DNA of 37,507 bases from the NCBI GenBank assembly GCA_030672385.1, contig DAOVGN010000057.1, positions 1-37,507 of the forward strand, given 5' to 3'. The position numbers and the translations under genes were made by a program. This stretch comes from Deltaproteobacteria bacterium (GTDB lineage: Bacteria; Desulfobacterota; B13-G15; RBG-16-54-18). Below are positions 28,085 through 37,063 of this stretch, piece by piece (position 1 is the first letter of the stretch; every line of letters starts with the position of its first letter). The notes under the pieces were generated by a model. It saw only the letters and a program-made list of their open reading frames with translations, was not told the DNA's origin and searched no databases.

Positions 28085-29473
28085 TCAAGGATTTAATCTA
28101 TAGCGGTTCAACTTCTCCCTCAAGGTTGAACGGGAGATCCCTAAAACCCTGGCCGTCTCCGATTTGTTCCCCCTTTTCTCTTGCAGCACCTTTAGGATGT
28201 ATCTGCGTTCCACTGCGGCCAGAGGGCTGAACCCATCCACATTATCCACCCATTTCTCTCCTAGGGAGGAGGCCCTTTCCACTTTATTCCTCCTCAATTC
28301 AAGGGGGAGGTCTTCAGGGGCAATTAGATCTCCTCTAGCCAAGATCATAGCCCTTTCAATGACATTTTTCAGTTCTCGCACATTTCCCGGCCAAGAATAG
28401 GCCAGTAGGAGATCGAGGGCCTCATCGGTAACACTTCTTATCTCCTTTCCTAATTCCCTTCCTATCTTCTTGTTGAAATACTGTGTGAAAGTGGGTATAT
28501 CCTCCTTCCTATCGCGTAGAGGAGGTAAATCTATCACCATTACCTTGATGCGGTAATAAAGATCTTTGCGAAATTCCCCTGTCTCCACCAATTGAGCCAG
28601 CTCCTTATTGGTAGAGGTAATTACCCTTACATCCATTTTAATGTCTCTTTCCCCCCCTACTCTCCTGAGAAGATAAGTTTCTAAAAATCTCAGTAATTTC
28701 GGCTGAAGGGAGGGTTTCATCTCTGAGATCTCATCCAAAAAGACCGTCCCCCCTTGAGCTAATTCTATGAGGCCCGGCCTGTTCTCCTTGGCATCGGTAA
28801 AGGCACCTTTCTCATAACCGAAGAGCTCGGATTCCAGCAAAGCCTCAGGGATAGCGCTACAATTTATCTTAATGATGGGCTTTTGTCTTCGTCGGCTTTG
28901 ATAGTGGATGGCGTTAGCCACCAATTCCTTTCCTGTACCACTTTCACCCTGAATTAAGACAGGAGTTCGTGGGGTCTGACTTATCAAGGAGATAAGTTCC
29001 CTCACCACGTCCATCTGAGGGCTTACCCCATAGATCTCTTCCTCCTCTTCTTTATCCCTGTGTTTATAACGCAATCTGAGGAGCTCCCCCCTTAGTTCCT
29101 TGGTCTCCAAGGCCTTCTTGACCGCCAACCGCAATTCGTCTATCTCAAATGGCTTATTTATATAATCATAGGCTCCGGCCTTCATGGCTGCAACCACCGT
29201 TTGCACATCGGCATAGGCAGTCATCATGATAACAAGGGGATCGCTATCTATTTCCCTAATCTCCTTCAGTATGTCAAAACCGTCCATATCCGGGAGCTTT
29301 ATATCCAACAGGATGAGATCGAAGACCATCTTCCGGAGGCAATAAAGGGCATCTTCACCCTTCTGGGCAGAGGCCACTTCACAAGACATCTTTTCCAAGA
29401 CCTCTGATAGGGTGCGACACATCACCTCGTCATCATCAACAATGAGTATATTAGGCTTGACTTCCATCATCAA
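28085..29473 (-). CDS. sigma54-dependent response regulator (NtrC/AtoC family)
   Basis: REC domain; GESGTGKE, ESELFG, GAFTDA, LDEI, WPGNVRELKN, Fis HTH. Confidence 0.95.
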   Translation of the reverse strand: MMMEVKPNILIVDDDEVMCRTLSEVLEKMSCEVASAQKGEDALYCLRKMVFDLILLDIKLPDMDGFDILKEIREIDSDPLVIMMTAYADVQTVVAAMKAGAYDYINKPFEIDELRLAVKKALETKELRGELLRLRYKHRDKEEEEEIYGVSPQMDVVRELISLISQTPRTPVLIQGESGTGKELVANAIHYQSRRRQKPIIKINCSAIPEALLESELFGYEKGAFTDAKENRPGLIELAQGGTVFLDEISEMKPSLQPKLLRFLETYLLRRVGGERDIKMDVRVITSTNKELAQLVETGEFRKDLYYRIKVMVIDLPPLRDRKEDIPTFTQYFNKKIGRELGKEIRSVTDEALDLLLAYSWPGNVRELKNVIERAMILARGDLIAPEDLPLELRRNKVERASSLGEKWVDNVDGFSPLAAVERRYILKVLQEKRGNKSETARVLGISRSTLREKLNRYRLNP

Positions 29474-30527
29474 TCTTTACCGGGAGGTCTAGAATGAACG
29501 TAGAACCATTCCCCTGGGAACTCTCCACTTCAATCTTCCCTCCATGTCCCTCTACTATCTTATGGGTTATGGAGAGGCCTAATCCTAATCCCTTACTCTT
29601 AGTGGTAAAGAAGGGATCAAAGATTTTGGGGAGATGTTCGGGCTTTATCCCCACACCAGTATCCTTAACCTTGACCTGAATCCATCCTCTTGGTAGATTC
29701 CTTCTTTTTATCTCCACTGTCAATTTCCCTCCAGCTGACATAGACTGGAGGGCGTTGAGGAAAAGATTCATAAATACCTGCTGCATCTGATTAAAATCCA
29801 GGGGGATGGGCGGCAAACCATTGCCATATATCTCTTTGATTTTAATCCCTCTATTTTCTGCCTCCTTCGCCAAAAGACCCTTTACCTCTTTAATAAGATC
29901 CTGGATCTGACAAGGAGCAAGGTTAAGGTGTTTGGGCTTGGCAAAGGAAAAAAAGGTGCGCAACAGATCGTTGAGCCTGTCGATTTCTTTAATGATCCTA
30001 TCGAGATACTCCTTCCTAGGGTCATCGTTACCCAACTCTTCATTTAAGGCTTGGGCGGTGGTCTTGATTCCAGCCAGAGGGTTTCTTATCTCGTGGGCCA
30101 AGGTGGAGGAGAACTCCCCCAAATATGCCAATCGATCCATCTTCACTATCTCTCCATGCATCTTATAGACATGGGTCATATCCTGCAAACTTGCCACCTT
30201 TCCCCTCTCTCTCCCCAGATAGTCGTGATATGGAAAGATCGATAGCTTTAAGGGGGTGTTTTCCTTTCCCTTTTGGAAAAATATTGTTCCATCTCCCCCT
30301 TTCCCTCCCAGACTTTCATTTCCTTGTGACAAAAGGCTTAGAAGACGTTTGCCCAAGAGGAGATCTCCTTTTTTCCCCAGGATCTCCTCTGATGCCTTAT
30401 TGGCAAAGATGATTTTTTCCCCCCTGTCCAACAGAATCACCCCTGTCTCAATTCCATCTAAGATCCCTTTTACAAAGGGGCCAGGTCTTTCTACACTCCT
30501 GGATTTCTCGTTACTTTTAACAACCAA
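29451..30527 (-). CDS. cytoplasmic PAS-domain histidine kinase
   Basis: N-terminal PAS-like region, H-box AHEIRNPL, N-box, DTGVGI, FDPFFTTK, GLGLGL; no TM; TTG start after GGAGGG. Confidence 0.92.
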   Translation of the reverse strand: MVVKSNEKSRSVERPGPFVKGILDGIETGVILLDRGEKIIFANKASEEILGKKGDLLLGKRLLSLLSQGNESLGGKGGDGTIFFQKGKENTPLKLSIFPYHDYLGRERGKVASLQDMTHVYKMHGEIVKMDRLAYLGEFSSTLAHEIRNPLAGIKTTAQALNEELGNDDPRKEYLDRIIKEIDRLNDLLRTFFSFAKPKHLNLAPCQIQDLIKEVKGLLAKEAENRGIKIKEIYGNGLPPIPLDFNQMQQVFMNLFLNALQSMSAGGKLTVEIKRRNLPRGWIQVKVKDTGVGIKPEHLPKIFDPFFTTKSKGLGLGLSITHKIVEGHGGKIEVESSQGNGSTFILDLPVKIDDGSQA

Positions 30528-30545
30528 GGAATCGGTCCCTCCGGT

Positions 30546-31823
30546 TTACAATGATATTTGCTCCACATCGAGAATCCATACCCCCCCCTTCCCTGATACC
30601 CCTTTCCCTAAAATGTAGGGTTTCCCCTCTATGGGGTGGTATTCGATCTCCTCTCGGGATATGGCTTGGTCTACGATAACTGCTGCCGTGCGGTCCTCTC
30701 TTCCCCTTACAATGAGTATAAGGGGTTTTTCTTCTGTCGATGGTCTAAGTTTGAACACCTGAAAGAGATTCAAAAGGGGTATTTCCATTTCCTTTAACTT
30801 AACTCTTCCGCTCTTGATGAAAAAATCAGCCACCCATTTTTTTACCAGGAAGCTCTTCAATATCTGGTTGTCGGGAAGACCAAAGACAACACCCGAGGCT
30901 CCGAAGAGTGAGACGGCCATCGTTGGTACCTTTGCGGGTTCCTGTATAGCGATATCTGATGGTGAATACGATCCCCTCTCTAACCTCCCATTTAAATCTG
31001 CTATCTCTTCTCCCCCCCCTTCCAGTTCCCCTCTAAATTCTTCCCCAGACCCAAATTGCCTCTGCAGCTCTGTCTTATAGGAGGTTATTGCCTGGTGGAT
31101 ATTCCCCAATCTCTTATTCTCCTCCTTGACCGCTTTTTCCAATTCCTCGATTCTGTCTATTAATCTCTTTATTCCTTCAAAAGATGTCTTTTTTTCCTCA
31201 GGAGGTTTCTGGGTTACTATCTCTTCCCCTCCCATCTCTCGTATCTCTACTTTCTTCTCCTTTGGAGCCTTTTCCTCTATTCCCAGTCTCTGAAACTCCG
31301 CCTTTAACTCCTTCACCAAGGCAACTTTATCGATCTCAAAAGAAAACCGCTCATCAGTCATCCCTTTAGCGACCTTCCAAGACTTTTGCAAGAACTTTAA
31401 GGCAGTGGGGTTAAGTTTGCTTTCATCTAAGAGGAGTTGATAAAGTACCTTTTGTATCAGAATTATAACAATCTCTAATTCATCAACCCCATGGGGAAGC
31501 CTTCTTAGATCTTGGAGGAGGGTTAAGGCCCTGTTTATGTGTTTGGAGCTGATATCCCATTCCAAGGTCAACAATTGTGCCTCTACTTCCTCCAGCTTTT
31601 CCTGAAGCGCACGGGAGGCCAACCCCCTCTCTTGTGTCGGAGGTGCTGTTGGGGAAGGATAATCTCTGTTCGCTGCCCTCACCTCTTTGTAAGGGGCATG
31701 AACTCCTTTAGGCTGGGTGACCGGATTTGCCTGACCTTCTTTTTCTACAAATAGAGTATCTACAGCGGCCTCTATATCTCTTTCTAGATCCGATAAGTCC
31801 CAACTATTATCTTTATCATTCAT
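30546..31823 (-). CDS. uncharacterised coiled-coil protein with a C-terminal CheW-like domain
   Basis: Acidic N-terminal helix, helical/coiled-coil middle, C-terminal VFGLP..QI, IPLLNL, AVIVDQ, ILDVEQI pattern typical of the CheW fold; start overlaps the mglA stop. Confidence 0.65.
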   Translation of the reverse strand: MNDKDNSWDLSDLERDIEAAVDTLFVEKEGQANPVTQPKGVHAPYKEVRAANRDYPSPTAPPTQERGLASRALQEKLEEVEAQLLTLEWDISSKHINRALTLLQDLRRLPHGVDELEIVIILIQKVLYQLLLDESKLNPTALKFLQKSWKVAKGMTDERFSFEIDKVALVKELKAEFQRLGIEEKAPKEKKVEIREMGGEEIVTQKPPEEKKTSFEGIKRLIDRIEELEKAVKEENKRLGNIHQAITSYKTELQRQFGSGEEFRGELEGGGEEIADLNGRLERGSYSPSDIAIQEPAKVPTMAVSLFGASGVVFGLPDNQILKSFLVKKWVADFFIKSGRVKLKEMEIPLLNLFQVFKLRPSTEEKPLILIVRGREDRTAAVIVDQAISREEIEYHPIEGKPYILGKGVSGKGGVWILDVEQISL

Positions 31824-32443
31824 TAAAATTGCCTATCTGCTAGTGTTTTTTTGCTCACATCCTTAACCACCAATTTGCTTATCTCCCTCAGGGTTTCAAA
31901 AACCCCTTGCCCCTTGAGGGCACTGGCAGGGAAAGAAGGTACCTTTAGATAAGAGTTGAGATCCCTCTCCATTTCTGCGATGGTTAGCACAGGTATATTA
32001 CTCCCCTCCAAGTCCCTTTTATTGTATTGCATGATCAAGGGTAGATTGGTGACGTCTAATCCCCTCTCTTTGAGATTATAGGCCAAATTTTCCAAGCTCT
32101 CAATGTTCTTTTCCCTCTGCACCCGCATAGAATCAGCCACAAATACCATTCCATCAACCCCTCTTAAGACCAGTTTTCTCGTAGCGTCGTAATGCACCTG
32201 TCCTGGTACAGTGTAAAGTTGCACTCTGATCGCAAAATCCCTGATTCTACCTAAATTAAGGGACAAAAAATCAAAAAATAGTGTTCTATCACCCTTTGTG
32301 TCTATAGAGACCAATTGCCCCCTTATATCATTATTAGTGCTGTCATAGACAAACCTCAAATTAGTGGTCTTTCCCCCGAGACCAGGACCATAATATACGA
32401 CTTTGCAGTGGATCTCTCCTGAACTAAAATTGATGAAGGCCAT
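31823..32443 (-). CDS. mglA: small Ras-like GTPase MglA
   Basis: MAFINFSSGEIHCKVVYYGPGLGGKTTNL, DRTLFFDF, LYTVPGQV, FVADS, QYNKRD, GVFETL. Confidence 0.95.
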   Translation of the reverse strand: MAFINFSSGEIHCKVVYYGPGLGGKTTNLRFVYDSTNNDIRGQLVSIDTKGDRTLFFDFLSLNLGRIRDFAIRVQLYTVPGQVHYDATRKLVLRGVDGMVFVADSMRVQREKNIESLENLAYNLKERGLDVTNLPLIMQYNKRDLEGSNIPVLTIAEMERDLNSYLKVPSFPASALKGQGVFETLREISKLVVKDVSKKTLADRQF

Positions 32444-32456
32444 TATTTATATTGAA

Positions 32457-32870
32457 CTACTCCCCTCTATTCCTCTCTAAGATCTCCCTGAAGATATTAC
32501 GCAATTCATGTATCACTTTTTCTGTTCTCAATCTTACCAGCCCTAAGGTGGTCCGGTCATCAAATAATGTCACCATGATAAATTCTGTGCCGATCTTAGA
32601 AAAATGTACATTCTCATTTTTCCCTTTGTGGAAGAGAAGGGCAAATTCGTCTTCTCCCAGAAGTCTCGCTATCTCTGAAGTGGCACCAAAATTGGCTGCG
32701 GTTAGGGCGGAAAGGGCGATGACATCCAACGTTGAGGGGTCACCGCTGGAGGCGATCAGCTGTCCCGACCTATCGATTAATAGGGCACAATGGGCCCCAG
32801 AACTGCTTAACATCTTGTCAAGGCACCTCTCAATCTTGACAAGATCTTGATCAGAAAGGATGAGATTCAT
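32457..32870 (-). CDS. mglB: roadblock/LC7 protein MglB (GAP of MglA)
   Basis: LLIDRSGQLI, LSALTAANFGAT..IARLLGEDEF..LFH.G, FDDRTTLGLVRL; directly upstream of mglA. Confidence 0.93.
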   Translation of the reverse strand: MNLILSDQDLVKIERCLDKMLSSSGAHCALLIDRSGQLIASSGDPSTLDVIALSALTAANFGATSEIARLLGEDEFALLFHKGKNENVHFSKIGTEFIMVTLFDDRTTLGLVRLRTEKVIHELRNIFREILERNRGE

Positions 32871-32929
32871 TTCCTACCTCGTTTGCTGGTTTATGGATGT
32901 ACAATTTTAGCCCATATATTTTTGTAATC

Positions 32930-32958
32930 TCTATAGCATTTTACATGCTTTATGTAAA
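32930..32958 (-). promoter_or_regulatory. internal promoter for mglB-mglA with an overlapping palindrome
   Basis: Minus strand TTTACA-17 bp-(TGn)TATAGA; inverted repeat TTTACAT-GCTTT-ATGTAAA (32940-32958). Confidence 0.45.
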
Positions 32959-32993
32959 GAAAGGATGTTCATAAATCAATCAGTGGTCAAAAA

Positions 32994-34016
32994 TCAAGGG
33001 CCGAAAATTTCCGGCATGCTCGATTTCAAGCCAAGATCTTCTATCCTCCCGCTATACTTTTCAATGGTAGATCGCAGTGTAAAGTTTATCCTTGTGTGCA
33101 ATTCATCCTTGGTGATCTTCAAGGGCGCCTTTTCCAAAGTCAGGTCTATACAATCCTTTATCCCTCGGAGAAACTCCTCCAAGGGCACCTTCCCCCAAAA
33201 TTTTATCTCTCCATTCTCATACTCAAATTCGGCTACAAATGGATCGAGGAACGGATAGTCCTCGGATTTTTCCACCTGAGCTCTTTTGAAACCCTCGCGG
33301 AAGGATCCTTTTTGTGTGGTCAGGCCATCCACCAAGCCCTCAATAATATCCATAACCTCTTGTATCACCTCTATGGCCCCTTGCAGGTCTCTGGTTTGAG
33401 CTATCTCCGTCCGTTCAGCCCCCCTCTCCAACAGGCCAGCGCGATATACATTAAAGCTTGCACCAATCTTTTGGGCGTCATCTATTACCTTGGACAATAT
33501 CTCCTTGCCATACATCGTTTTATTTCCTGCACCAGACATGGCAACCTCTAAAATCTCTCCTTCTTGTAAAAAAACAACCCCCTTGCCTTTGTCGCCAGTT
33601 AAAACTATATCGATGTATCCTGAATGTTTTTCCTTGCTCAGCTTTTCTACTAATTTATCCAAGCTGGTGAACTCCGTGGACAAATTTTTGTATATTGCTT
33701 CTTCCGTAGATGTGCTGGCCAAAATGGTCACCATCTCTGGGGCCAATCTATGGACATTGATCCTTCCATCCTTTTGCTTGGACATGAGGATGATATTCTC
33801 TACTGCATCTTCCCCTACCCTTCTCGTACCTTGCGTCTCTTCGATAGCATTCACTATCTCTCCAGCCTCCAAAAACAGGACCCCTTCATGATCCCAAGAG
33901 GAGAGTTGCACGTAACCGTCGAAGTCATCCTCTTTTAACGATTGGAGAAAACTGTTGAGATCGACAAAAGAGGTCCTCAGATTGTCATAAACCGCTTCTC
34001 CTTTTGGTAAGATCAT
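32994..34016 (-). CDS. protein with two tandem PATAN/DUF4388-DUF2226-like repeats
   Basis: Internal repeat: EAVYDNLRTSFVDLNSFLQSLKEDDFDGYVQL..GVLFLEAGEI vs EAIYKNLSTEFTSLDKLVEKLSKEKHSGYIDI..GVVFLQEGEI; followed by a helical C-terminal domain. Confidence 0.7.
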   Translation of the reverse strand: MILPKGEAVYDNLRTSFVDLNSFLQSLKEDDFDGYVQLSSWDHEGVLFLEAGEIVNAIEETQGTRRVGEDAVENIILMSKQKDGRINVHRLAPEMVTILASTSTEEAIYKNLSTEFTSLDKLVEKLSKEKHSGYIDIVLTGDKGKGVVFLQEGEILEVAMSGAGNKTMYGKEILSKVIDDAQKIGASFNVYRAGLLERGAERTEIAQTRDLQGAIEVIQEVMDIIEGLVDGLTTQKGSFREGFKRAQVEKSEDYPFLDPFVAEFEYENGEIKFWGKVPLEEFLRGIKDCIDLTLEKAPLKITKDELHTRINFTLRSTIEKYSGRIEDLGLKSSMPEIFGP

Positions 34017-34047
34017 ATGTAAAACCTCCTCTTTCTTTATTAGGACA

Positions 34048-35172
34048 TTAAACTTGGAACTTGGTTGGTTTCTGCTCTAAGATATTTCTGGCCCTAGAAT
34101 AAAACTCATCAGCGGTGGTATTATTCAACAGTGTGACCATCAGAAAGAGGTAATTGTACCTCATGATGATAGATTGATTATTTTTGTGCCCGAGATTTAT
34201 CCTCAATAGTTGATGGTTCCCCACGGATTTTTCCAACCTGGCAGCCATGGTGGACAATAGCGAGGGGATTAAGGCGTCCTTTTCGTTAAAATCTTGATCA
34301 TTGATGGTCAATACCCTTCCTTTTTCGTTGACCCACATCCCCTTTTCATAGCCGTTAATACTGGCCAACATCTTCAACAATCGTTCCAGCAATTCTTTCG
34401 TTTCGATCTTTTTGTCGAGATCCTCAAATGCCTTCTCTACCTCCTGCAGTAAGACCGAGCTATCTCTGTCTTCTGTGACAGTGCTTTCATCCCTTCTTCT
34501 CATACCCTCCAACAGGAGGTGTTCCCAACGGTCCGTTATAGTCTCTTTGGGGATTGGAACTCCCATCTGAGAGATGAACCTCCCATCTTTCCAGCTCAGC
34601 ATGGTGTACAGGGCTTCTTCTCCCTCCAGGTCCCCTATTTTCGCATGAACGATCTCGCCGTTCCTGAAATAGATCATACCCTCTTCATCACCCCTGGAGA
34701 CGGCGATTGACATGCTAAACCTGCCCAAACATCCCATCTGGATGACATCAACGAGTTGCAGGTCGAGGACTTGACCTACAAAACCACCCCTCTCCTCCTC
34801 AAGGGCCTTAAGGATAATGTTCCTGATATCAGATATCTCAAAAGGTTTCTCGATGTAATGGTATGAACCTCTCTTGGTAGCCTCTTCTTGGACTTCCGGT
34901 GATCCGTAGGCCGTCATGATGATTACCTTGGTCCACGGATACTCTTCCCTTATCTTTGACAGTAAATCGAGTCCATTGATGTCTGGCATCCTTATGTCTG
35001 TTACCACCACATCGATACGAGATTTTTGTAGGGTCTGAAGGGCCTCTGTTCCTGTATTGGTGCTGATGAGCTCATATTTATCTCTATCTTTGGCCAAGGT
35101 TTTGGTCATACTCCAAGTCAGGGTCTCTTCATCGTCCACTACGAGGACCTTCCTTGTCTCTTTTTCTGCCAT
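34048..35172 (-). CDS. response regulator: REC + DUF4388/PATAN + C-terminal roadblock-like domain
   Basis: VLVVDDE, TDIRMP, MTAYG, KPF; then GFVGQV..LQLVDVIQM..GMIYFRNGEIVHA..GEEALY.MLSW..G.F..LLLEGMRRRDE; ATG at 35172. Confidence 0.85.
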   Translation of the reverse strand: MAEKETRKVLVVDDEETLTWSMTKTLAKDRDKYELISTNTGTEALQTLQKSRIDVVVTDIRMPDINGLDLLSKIREEYPWTKVIIMTAYGSPEVQEEATKRGSYHYIEKPFEISDIRNIILKALEEERGGFVGQVLDLQLVDVIQMGCLGRFSMSIAVSRGDEEGMIYFRNGEIVHAKIGDLEGEEALYTMLSWKDGRFISQMGVPIPKETITDRWEHLLLEGMRRRDESTVTEDRDSSVLLQEVEKAFEDLDKKIETKELLERLLKMLASINGYEKGMWVNEKGRVLTINDQDFNEKDALIPSLLSTMAARLEKSVGNHQLLRINLGHKNNQSIIMRYNYLFLMVTLLNNTTADEFYSRARNILEQKPTKFQV

Positions 35173-35318
35173 TTCTTGTACCTCAGGAATCAAGGTTTTG
35201 CTTTTTCCTTCATTGAAAGGAAAAGAGTGTGTGACAGCAGCCAACGACTAATGAGTTTGCCAAATATTAAATCTCCCATTTTCCTTGTGCTAACCTTTGG
35301 ATAACTCGCCTTAAAAGG

Positions 35319-36188
35319 TCACCATCCCTTGACCTTTTTCTGATACTGCTCCAGGTAATTGGCCGGCACTGGAACAAAACGCCTTATATTGTTGGTCCTC
35401 AAGACTGGGTGGCCAACGGGAATATTCAACAGGGCTTCCTGAACCATCTTTTTTGCCTTTGCTGGCAATTTTTTATTTGCGCTGAAGACCCAGTTGGGGG
35501 TTCCCTCGGTATGGGCGATGATCTGTATATCCTTCGTTTCTCCTGGGGATAGTAAGCCCTTGCTCTCTATCCTCCCCAAGGTCTCTCCAGAAATAAAGCC
35601 TGCGTCAGCCTTTTTTTGTATCACATCGAAGACGACGCTCTCCGCTTTGTTCTCCTTCGCTTCAACAATAGTGAAGTCGACATATATAACCAGTCCTCTT
35701 TCTGCCAAGAAGATTCTTTGGGCGATGAATCCCCCCGCACTGTGCAGTGAGACGACGCTTATTTTCTTTCCCTTCAGGTCCTCTATTTTTTTTATTCCGC
35801 TGTCCTTCCTGGTGATAATTATCCCTCTGGACTCAACCCCCCCCTCTTTCCCTTTCTCGGTCAACGTAAGGGGGGAACTGGCCTCCCATACCTCAATAAA
35901 GACATAGGGATTTTGATATGAGAAGTCCACCTCCCCTCTTTTTACCATTTCAATATGTTGCTCAAAGGAACGTGGGATGACGAGCTCGAACCGAACACCC
36001 AAGGTATCCTCTAAATAAGTCATCAAGGGGTTTAGCCTCTGCCACATCTCAATGCGTAGATATTCAGGGACGACGGCAATCTTATAAGTTTCTTCTGCCA
36101 GCAGGGGCTGTTGAAAAACGACATGGGAAAATATCGAAAATATGAAAATTACAAGAACAATAAGGAGCCTTTTCCTCTCCTTAGTCAC
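35319..36188 (-). CDS. PhnD-like (phosphate/phosphonate-type) periplasmic substrate-binding protein
   Basis: Signal peptide; PL.TYL..TLG, G.VDF...NP, RGIIITRKDSGI..IEDLKGK, S.GG, V..DV....ADAGF. Confidence 0.85.
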   Translation of the reverse strand: MTKERKRLLIVLVIFIFSIFSHVVFQQPLLAEETYKIAVVPEYLRIEMWQRLNPLMTYLEDTLGVRFELVIPRSFEQHIEMVKRGEVDFSYQNPYVFIEVWEASSPLTLTEKGKEGGVESRGIIITRKDSGIKKIEDLKGKKISVVSLHSAGGFIAQRIFLAERGLVIYVDFTIVEAKENKAESVVFDVIQKKADAGFISGETLGRIESKGLLSPGETKDIQIIAHTEGTPNWVFSANKKLPAKAKKMVQEALLNIPVGHPVLRTNNIRRFVPVPANYLEQYQKKVKGW

Positions 36189-36193
36189 TGAAC

Positions 36194-37063
36194 TTATCTC
36201 CCTCTCAACCTCTCGATGGCGGCTTTGAGGCTTATCTGCATCCTCCGTAATGCCTCAGCCAACACCCTAATTTCGTCCTTCGTCTTCACCTCTATACTCG
36301 CCCCCAGATCCCCAACGCTTATCCGATCGGCTACCTTGGCCAAATGTAGAAGGGGCTTCGTAATCCGCCGTGAGAAAGAGATCGCCGCGATTAACGCCAC
36401 AAGCAGCGCAACGACGCCCACGATACCGATAGCTACCATTTGTCTTTGAGCTCCCTTCTTAAATGTTTCACTTAACCTCACGACAGGAGAACGAAATTCA
36501 TCTATATAAGTTGTGGCCGCAATGCCGTATCCGCTTCCCTCTACAGGGACACATACCATAAACTTGTCCCTTATCTTGCCATCAGGATCCTCCCATTTAT
36601 AATAACCCTTCGTAAAAGTACCCTCCAGATGGGGCTCTAGTATCCGCCAAAACTCAGGAAGCTTGGTGGCCAATTTGTGCAAATCCAGGTCCTCCACCTT
36701 GGGATTGATGTGAAAGCGGTTTATCCCTGTCTTCAGCTCATGAAGAGCCGTATAACCTGTCTGCCCTACCGGCTGTACTGCCAATTCCCTAAACTCGGGG
36801 TCCTCCCGCAGATCCTCCAAGGTGTAGTCGAGATGGGCCTCTAGATAAGCTGACACTTCCTCGGCCGCATCCTTGCCCACATCTTCTATGATCTGCTCTC
36901 CTACCTTTCCTAATACCTCATCTCCCTTTTGGGTGATCACCTCACTCATATCTTTTATTTCAGACAAAGAGACATACCCGACTATCCCCAAGGGGATAAC
37001 GGTGGCAATAATGGCCAAAATGGTCAATTTACCTAAGATCCCGAATCCGCCCATCTCTCTCAT
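36194..37063 (-). CDS. two-TM Cache-like/HAMP membrane receptor lacking an output domain
   Basis: TM1, extracytoplasmic region (QPVGQTGYTAL..RFHINP..GYYKWEDPDG..RDKFM), TM2, HAMP (ITKPLLHLAKVADRISVGDL..DEI..LAEALRRM), then stop after LKAAIERLRGR. Confidence 0.85.
   Translation of the reverse strand: MREMGGFGILGKLTILAIIATVIPLGIVGYVSLSEIKDMSEVITQKGDEVLGKVGEQIIEDVGKDAAEEVSAYLEAHLDYTLEDLREDPEFRELAVQPVGQTGYTALHELKTGINRFHINPKVEDLDLHKLATKLPEFWRILEPHLEGTFTKGYYKWEDPDGKIRDKFMVCVPVEGSGYGIAATTYIDEFRSPVVRLSETFKKGAQRQMVAIGIVGVVALLVALIAAISFSRRITKPLLHLAKVADRISVGDLGASIEVKTKDEIRVLAEALRRMQISLKAAIERLRGR

Noticed and set aside
28085-30527. Naming the pair pilR/pilS
   Set aside because: The kinase lacks the multi-TM sensor region of PilS and there is no pilA nearby
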